Source: a bacterium (lineage in GTDB: Bacteria; SZUA-182; DTGQ01). Taken from it: 21,863 nucleotides of DNA. The notes beneath the pieces are model-generated. The model was not told the origin of the DNA. It saw nothing but the letters and a program-made list of their open reading frames with translations, and did not search any database. Both the position numbers and the translations under genes were made by a program. Below are positions 16,058-21,863 of the stretch, one piece after another. The stretch's first letter is position 1. Each line of letters opens with the position of its first letter. The DNA is taken from NCBI GenBank assembly GCA_040752695.1, contig JBFMGO010000050.1, forward strand, positions 1-21,863, given 5' to 3'.

Positions 16058-17620
16058 TCAATAAGGGGATCTTTTATCCCCCTCTTCCAGATTGTACCGC
16101 TTTAATTTTTTGTGTAAGCCCTGCCTGGTAATCCCCAATAAGGCTGCTGCCTTGTTCTTATTGCCTTCGGCTTCCTTGAGCGCCTTTCTGATAAGCTTGA
16201 TTTCCAACGCCTTGACCTGGTCAGGGATCGAGTGATCAACGATGCCTTTTTCTTTCAAGTCCAGGTGGAAGTTTTGTAATTCCCGGGAACAAGTATCGAT
16301 GACAATACGCTCACCCTCGGGGGTCAGTGCAACCAGGTGCTCCACCTCCCGCAAAAGCTGGCGGACATTTCCCGGCCATGAATAATCCTCCAACAGGCGC
16401 AGCACTTCGGGAGAAAAACCCGCCACCCTTTTGTTGAAGCGGTGGCTTACCTTATCCAGAAAGGCCAGGGCCATGGTGATGATATCCTCCCGCCGCTCTC
16501 TGAGGGGCGGTATATGGATCTCGACCGAAAACAGCCGAAAGAAAAGATCTTCCCTGAACCGGCCCTGGGTCACCTCCTGGCGAAGATCCTTATTGGTAGA
16601 GCTGATAATGCGCAGGTTATAGCGGTTCACCCTGTTGCTGCCCAGCCGGCAGCCTTCCCCTTCCTGAATGGCCCGCAGGAACTTGGGCTGTATGGCCGGC
16701 GGCATATCGGCTACTTCGTCCAGAAATAAAGTGCCGCCATCGGCCTCCTCAAAACGGCCTTTGTGGCTCGATACCGCTCCGGTGAAAGCTCCCTTCTCGT
16801 AGCCAAAGAATTCGCTTTCCATGAGGCTTTCCAGGATTGAAGCGCAATTGACCGCTACAAAGGGTTTATCACGCCGGTCACTGCCTTCGTGAATCATACG
16901 GGCAATGAGCTCTTTCCCCGTCCCGTGCTCTCCATGGATAAAGACATTAACCGGAGTCTTGCTGACCATCCGCACATCATCCAGGATGGCACGCATGATC
17001 GGGCTCTCGACAATAAACGGGATATCACGGAAATAATTTTTCTCGAACCGCTCAACCTCGCAATTCAACTGGTTCGATATCCGCAGGATCTCCCTGCTCA
17101 AAAGGATACTCTCGATGGAGGCTGAAAGGAAATGGGCAACTTCCTGCAACTGTACCTCATCTTCCGAAGTGAATCTTTTCCCTCCCATCTTGTTAAGCAC
17201 CTCGACAGCACCAGCCGCACCACGGCCGGTCAGGCTCTTGATGGGAACACAGATCAGGCTGTGAGTGACAAAACCGGTCCTGGCATCAACTTCGGTGTGA
17301 AAGCCACGCCGCTTGTCCAGGTCGTGCTCTATAATGCACTGACCGGTAGACATAGCCCTCCCCACGACGCTTTCATCCCTCGGAGGCTCAATTTTTATCC
17401 CATCCAGGCCAGTGCCGAACATTGACCAAATCTTGTCAATTTCAAGGTCAGCTATGAAAATAGTACATCGCTCGGCATCCATAACCTTGGGCAGAATGGC
17501 TACGTAAAACTTCAACAATGCCACATAATCATCAACTGTCCATGACCGGGTAACCTGCTCCAGACGAAACTTAAGGTTGGCAAGCCGCTGATGAATTGTT
17601 GTAGGCTCACTGAGAACCAC
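16058..17620 (-). CDS. sigma54-dependent transcriptional activator (bEBP): GAF + AAA+ + Fis-type HTH, 520 aa
   Basis: GTG start with GGAGG 7 nt upstream. Walker [24 protein letters not shown], Walker [26 protein letters not shown], and [25 protein letters not shown]-terminal GAF ([33 protein letters not shown]). Confidence 0.96.
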   Translation of the reverse strand: MVLSEPTTIHQRLANLKFRLEQVTRSWTVDDYVALLKFYVAILPKVMDAERCTIFIADLEIDKIWSMFGTGLDGIKIEPPRDESVVGRAMSTGQCIIEHDLDKRRGFHTEVDARTGFVTHSLICVPIKSLTGRGAAGAVEVLNKMGGKRFTSEDEVQLQEVAHFLSASIESILLSREILRISNQLNCEVERFEKNYFRDIPFIVESPIMRAILDDVRMVSKTPVNVFIHGEHGTGKELIARMIHEGSDRRDKPFVAVNCASILESLMESEFFGYEKGAFTGAVSSHKGRFEEADGGTLFLDEVADMPPAIQPKFLRAIQEGEGCRLGSNRVNRYNLRIISSTNKDLRQEVTQGRFREDLFFRLFSVEIHIPPLRERREDIITMALAFLDKVSHRFNKRVAGFSPEVLRLLEDYSWPGNVRQLLREVEHLVALTPEGERIVIDTCSRELQNFHLDLKEKGIVDHSIPDQVKALEIKLIRKALKEAEGNKNKAAALLGITRQGLHKKLKRYNLEEGDKRSPY

Positions 17621-18163
17621 TCTCTTTCCTCCACCATGGTATGAATGATACCGTGTAAATTATGTTTACTTTTCGTAACGCTGTTAACACCCCCGAAATG
17701 TCAGACATCCCACCATTGCCTGTCTGCCGGATGCCGGATATCGGCCGATGGTCTTCTGGCTGCTGAATACTGGCTTTTTTCTGTTCTGCTGCTTCTATCC
17801 GGTCGCGAATTTCCCGCGATATAGACTTAGTTTTATTTTACTATAGTTCTGGAATACTTGCCAGATAAAGTGAAGCAATTTGCAAGATATTAACAAATTT
17901 CCGATTATCAGGGGGCCAAAAGGGGGAATAATTGTGTATCCACCTCCCAATCCCGCTCATAAGGAGCGTAAATTCAGGCGCAGGCAGTGGACGGGACGGC
18001 AGGGGTGAAGGCCGCATCAAAAGCGGCCTCCTTTGAGGAAACCGCCGTTTACACTGAAAAGCTCCTGCCATGGCCCAAACGCCGCACCATGAAGTAAGGG
18101 TAAAATTTTTATAAGCCTGCACTATCAGTATATTACAGCACATTATTGATTAATATATTGTAT

Positions 18164-18180
18164 CTGGTATACGGTTTGCT
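18164..18180 (+). promoter_or_regulatory. sigma54 (RpoN) -24/-12 promoter
   Basis: CTGGTATACGGTTTGCT (TGG-N10-GC, TTGCT) in an AT-rich context, divergent from the bEBP gene and 140 nt upstream of ATG 18320. Confidence 0.75.
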
Positions 18181-18319
18181 ATATCATAGTATATATTATA
18201 AAGTAGTTATCTTAAAACGCTGTTTTCTGGCTCCGGACTTCTTCGAATCAGGGTTAGACTTTCAACTTTCCATAATAGCAAGAGACAACCTGGAAAGAAA
18301 GCAAAAAGGAGGAACTCAC

Positions 18320-18511
18320 ATGGAAAGCTTATTGAGCAGTCTGGCAATCACCGTTTCGGCACAAAGCGTCGTCCTCCTGTTTACTCTCAGCCTTACTATC
18401 AGCATTTCCTCCGCTTTCTTTGAAAAGCGGAAATCTCCCTTCTCGTCAAAACGGGCCTTTGCTGCATCCTCTTCCAGGGATTGCTCCTCGAATACGGCCA
18501 GGCAAATATAA
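18320..18511 (+). CDS. Small hypothetical protein, 63 aa, hydrophobic N-terminal half and basic Ser-rich tail
   Basis: Strong RBS AAGGAGGA upstream of ATG 18320. First ORF after the sigma54 promoter. MESLLSSLAITVSAQSVVLLFTLSLTISISSAFFEKRKSPF... Confidence 0.55.
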   Translation: MESLLSSLAITVSAQSVVLLFTLSLTISISSAFFEKRKSPFSSKRAFAASSSRDCSSNTARQI

Positions 18512-18700
18512 CGATCAAGTGTGCTTTTCAATCAAGGGGAAATTTTAAAAACTTATATCACCATGGAGGTAAGGATCTGATGAGATGAAATAAAAAATTG
18601 TTATGCATCTTTGTTCAAGCAATGAGGGCTATCGAAGGAATAGCATACGGTTAGTGAAAGAGAGCAAAATTGAAATTGTTGAGGAAGGAGTAGGATAATC

Positions 18701-21700
18701 ATGGCTAAAATAAAAAATGCTTGGTGGTCAAAGGTATTGGGCTACAGTTTTCTCATGTTCTTCACCATGGCCGTTGGCGTTGGGTTCATGGGAATCCGTG
18801 AAGGGAAAACGAATACAGGAGTAAACCTGGCCTTGGATGGGCAGGCGATCTATCCTCAATCCGTAGATCAGGAGGTCCCGGAAATCTACGAAAACAAGGT
18901 CGTCTGGATGCAGCAGGGAAGTGATTATTATTATAAGGTATTTCTCGGCGATCTGGAGACCGGAAACAGCAGGCAGCTCGGTCAGAGCACGGCTGCGGAA
19001 AAATATCCATCCATATGGGAAAACAAGGTTATCTGGATGGATTACCGAAGCATCATGGATGATCCGGCTGTCCAGGACAAATATGCGTATATTTTCAAAT
19101 ACTATGACATATACGCCTATGATCTGGAAGAGAACCGGGAATTTCCCATCTGCACGAATCCGGCGTGGCAGGGGTATGGTGACCTCCAGAAGGACCGCGC
19201 AGTATATGCGGATATGCGCACAGGCAGCCCGGATATTTTCCTCTATGATATGAGAATCGGCCAAGAATTCGCCATCTGTCTGAATCCCGGCTGGCAGGGT
19301 AATCCGGTCATATATGATAACTACATCGTCTGGATGGATGAGCGCTCTGGCAATTATGATATCTACGGCTTTGATTTGACCCGTGGGCAGGAGTTCTGTA
19401 TCTGCGCGGCTGCCGATAATCAGGCTTATCCCGCTATAAGCGGAACAAAAGTAGTCTGGCAGGACAAGAGAAACGGCACCGACGATATCTACGCGTACGA
19501 TCTGGCCACCAGGCAGGAAATCCCTGTCTGCATCCACGAAGGGAAACAGCAGGTGCCGGATATTTACGGTAATATTGTTGTCTGGCAGGATGACCGGAAC
19601 GGGAACTGGGACATTTACGGATACGATCTGACTACCGGCGAAGAATTTCAAATTACCGACCAGGAGAGCGATCAGACCTTCCCGGCCATCTTTAAAAACC
19701 GGGTTGTCTGGATTGATTCCAGAAGCGGTCACAAAAATGTCTATGCTGCTTCTCTGCCGGCAAGTTTTACTCCCGCATCAATTGATCATGTCCGAAACCG
19801 GAATTCGACTGCCGGGCAAGATACAGCCAACGGGAGCGGGCAAGATGCAGCCAGCGGAAGCAGGTCCGTCACAGCCAGCGGAAATGGTTCAGTTGCACGC
19901 AACGGCCAGGATATGAGCACCTCTACCGAGGTTTTAACAGTTGGACCAGTTGAAGCCAATGGAAGCGGTGCAACTAACGGGAGCGGTCCAACTGCAACCA
20001 ATGGAAGCGGTCCGGCTGCACGCAACGGCCAGGCAATGAGCATTTCCGCCGATGTTTTAATAAGTGCCCCCTCAATCGTAAGGTATGAAAACAGCGGTTG
20101 TAAAAATGAACTTAAGATTGATGATCGTGCTTTTGAAGAGGAAAAATTTTCTGCCAGCTATGAGAACGGGATTCTCTATCTGTTCCATGAGAACGCCATA
20201 TACAACTGCTGCATCGAGGAAATCACCGTTACCATGGAGATGGTGAATAACACCATCAATATTTATGAAGACGAAAAGTTGGAAGGGAGCGGATGCAAGT
20301 GCCTATGCCCCTATGATATTTCCACACAGATAGCCTGCCTGCAGCCAGGTACCTATGTCGTACAGTTTTTCAACAAGCAGACCGGAAACCTGCTCGGAAC
20401 GATCAGAAATGTCATTATCCCCGGAACCGTCTGCCCGCTTCCCTCCTCCATTCCTGAGCAGGTGTGCTGTCCGATTCCCTGCGTTGCTCCAGACCTCAGA
20501 TGCTGCCCGCTGTCTTCGGCAGACCCGGACCAGAGGTGCAAACCCATCGTGTGCCCGGTGGCCTGCCCTGTTGCGGTCGCATCAACGCCAGTCCAGCTCT
20601 GCTGCCCGTGTACCTATGAAGACGACATGGAAAGCGACACGTGGGTATTTATTCAGGGAGCAAGCACTCTATCATCGGTACCTCCTCCGATCCAAAAGAT
20701 CGATTATTCAAGTAATAACTTCGTCTCTCCCAAACGGTCAATCTGGGCCTACCTGGCCAGCTATCTGGAAAAAACCGTTGATACCAGAGCATATACCACG
20801 GATATCGCTTCTATCAGTGATATCAAGATCAGCCCAATAGCGGCCACTACAATAACAGCCACTGCTATCGCCAAAGATCTTGCCAAGGTAAGCGCCTATC
20901 GGAAATTTGAACTGTGCGGTTGTGAAAACCTCCGCTTCAAACTTCGCTACTTTATCCGGCAGAATATGAGTTCCCGCAGTTCCTATCGCAGGGTATGCGT
21001 GGAGGTTGTTGCCTTTGATGCCGCAGGCCAGAGCATGGGCCAGCACACCTATATACTGTTTCAGAATCCTTCTCAGGAATTGGGAGCGGATACAACCTCT
21101 ATACAACCCGTTACACTGGACAAATGGGCTACACTGGGTAGAAGCCTTGAGGAAGATATGCCTATTCAGTGGTGTGCGGTAAAAACTCTCAAGGTGATTT
21201 TAACGGCAACAGGAGATTTCCCGGCAGGGCAAAGTGACCTTCTGGAAGTATTCTGGGATGACCTTTCAATCCAGGGCAAAAACTGCGAAATTGTGCAATT
21301 GTGTACACCGTGCCCGATTTCGAACACCGATCCCAAAGGGCTCTGCTGTCCCTATCCTTCTGCTGATCCGACATACTACTGCAAACCCTGCCCGGTACCG
21401 AACACTACACCTTATATCTTCTGCAAACCATGCCCGATCTCGGACATCGACCCCAAAGGGCTCTGCTGCCCCTACTCTTCCGCTGACCCGGCATCTTACT
21501 GCAAACCCTGCCCGTTACCGAATACTACACCTTATATCTTCTGCAAACCATGCCCGATCTCGGACATCGACCCCAAAGGGCTCTGCTGCCCCTACTCTTC
21601 CGCTGATCCGGCATCTTACTGCAAACCCTGCCCGGTGACCAGTACATCGCCTAATCAATTGTGTACACCGTGCCCGATTTCGAACACCGATCCCAAAGGG

Positions 21701-21863
21701 CTCTGCTGCCCTTACTCTGCTGCTGATCCGGTATCCTACTGCAAGCCTTACTGCCCCGTGCCCGTAGAGCCTGTTCCTGACGAGTGCATCGTCGGTGTTG
21801 TCGAAGCCATTCAGCACCATGCTTCAGCGGGCCGGTCCGATCTGAAGCTGGTGGATTCCGAAG
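18701..21863 (+). CDS. Large exported protein, >=1054 aa, truncated by the window end: Methanosarcina-surface-type beta-propeller (7 repeats), NGS-rich linker, Cys-containing domain, Cys/Pro-rich blocks
   Basis: Not in the ORF track because there is no stop in the window. Manual translation from ATG 18701 (RBS GAGGAAGGAG) is open to the end. Begins MAKIKNAWWSKVLGYSFLMFFTMAVGVGFMG. Repeats VVWMQQ, VIWMDYR, AVYADMR, IVWMDERSGNYDIYGFDL, VVWQDKRNGTDDIYAYDL, VVWQDDRNGNWDIYGYDL and VVWIDSR fit the beta_prop_Msarc (TIGR04275-type) pattern. Confidence 0.9.
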   Translation, partial: MAKIKNAWWSKVLGYSFLMFFTMAVGVGFMGIREGKTNTGVNLALDGQAIYPQSVDQEVPEIYENKVVWMQQGSDYYYKVFLGDLETGNSRQLGQSTAAEKYPSIWENKVIWMDYRSIMDDPAVQDKYAYIFKYYDIYAYDLEENREFPICTNPAWQGYGDLQKDRAVYADMRTGSPDIFLYDMRIGQEFAICLNPGWQGNPVIYDNYIVWMDERSGNYDIYGFDLTRGQEFCICAAADNQAYPAISGTKVVWQDKRNGTDDIYAYDLATRQEIPVCIHEGKQQVPDIYGNIVVWQDDRNGNWDIYGYDLTTGEEFQITDQESDQTFPAIFKNRVVWIDSRSGHKNVYAASLPASFTPASIDHVRNRNSTAGQDTANGSGQDAASGSRSVTASGNGSVARNGQDMSTSTEVLTVGPVEANGSGATNGSGPTATNGSGPAARNGQAMSISADVLISAPSIVRYENSGCKNELKIDDRAFEEEKFSASYENGILYLFHENAIYNCCIEEITVTMEMVNNTINIYEDEKLEGSGCKCLCPYDISTQIACLQPGTYVVQFFNKQTGNLLGTIRNVIIPGTVCPLPSSIPEQVCCPIPCVAPDLRCCPLSSADPDQRCKPIVCPVACPVAVASTPVQLCCPCTYEDDMESDTWVFIQGASTLSSVPPPIQKIDYSSNNFVSPKRSIWAYLASYLEKTVDTRAYTTDIASISDIKISPIAATTITATAIAKDLAKVSAYRKFELCGCENLRFKLRYFIRQNMSSRSSYRRVCVEVVAFDAAGQSMGQHTYILFQNPSQELGADTTSIQPVTLDKWATLGRSLEEDMPIQWCAVKTLKVILTATGDFPAGQSDLLEVFWDDLSIQGKNCEIVQLCTPCPISNTDPKGLCCPYPSADPTYYCKPCPVPNTTPYIFCKPCPISDIDPKGLCCPYSSADPASYCKPCPLPNTTPYIFCKPCPISDIDPKGLCCPYSSADPASYCKPCPVTSTSPNQLCTPCPISNTDPKGLCCPYSAADPVSYCKPYCPVPVEPVPDECIVGVVEAIQHHASAGRSDLKLVDSE
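21296..21748 (+). repeat. 120-bp (40-aa) coding tandem repeat, ~3.8 copies, 6 Cys per unit
   Basis: Units start at 21296, 21416, 21536 and 21656: QLCTPCPISNTDPKGLCCPYPSADPTYYCKPCPVPNTTPY / IFCKPCPISDIDPKGLCCPYSSADPASYCKPCPLPNTTPY / IFCKPCPISDIDPKGLCCPYSSADPASYCKPCPVTSTSPN / QLCTPCPISNTDPKGLCCPYSAADPVSYCKP. Confidence 0.95.

Noticed and set aside
18728..19732. 334-aa minus-strand ORF
   Set aside because: Antisense shadow of the + strand beta-propeller gene, which has the recognisable motifs and an RBS.
20355..21638. + strand ORFs 20355-20840 and 21234-21638 suggesting a frameshifted gene
   Set aside because: The frame starting at 18701 is uninterrupted through this region, so these are alternative-frame shadows.
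21296..21748. Tandem repeat as a CRISPR array or as heme-binding motifs
   Set aside because: No unique spacers, an in-frame 120-bp coding period, and CxxC is followed by Pro rather than His.

Overview
Bacterial genomic window with no rRNA, tRNA or CRISPR array. It is dominated by a minus-strand cluster that looks like an extracellular electron transfer or cell-surface system. Reading right to left: a GAF-AAA+-Fis sigma54 activator; [sigma54 promoter] NHL beta-propeller gene + 14-heme cytochrome c; [sigma54 promoter] second NHL beta-propeller gene + 15-motif cytochrome c; [sigma54 promoter] third 15-motif cytochrome c; then a ~1250-aa secreted NIDO-like/Ig-like/propeller protein with a TQP linker and a Ser/Tyr/aromatic-rich tail. 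The three cytochromes are colinear paralogs built from seven doubled-CxxCH units. By eye they resemble ~3.5 OmcE-like tetraheme modules fused into one chain, and two carry an extra CX4CH motif. Divergently, a fourth sigma54 promoter precedes a 63-aa small ORF and a >=1054-aa ORF missing from the ORF track (18701 to window end): a 7-repeat Methanosarcina-type beta-propeller followed by Cys/Pro-rich 40-aa tandem repeats. Intergenic regions hold a 68-bp MITE-like element, two candidate structured RNAs and several repeated motifs. Family assignments come from motif recognition by eye, not database searches.
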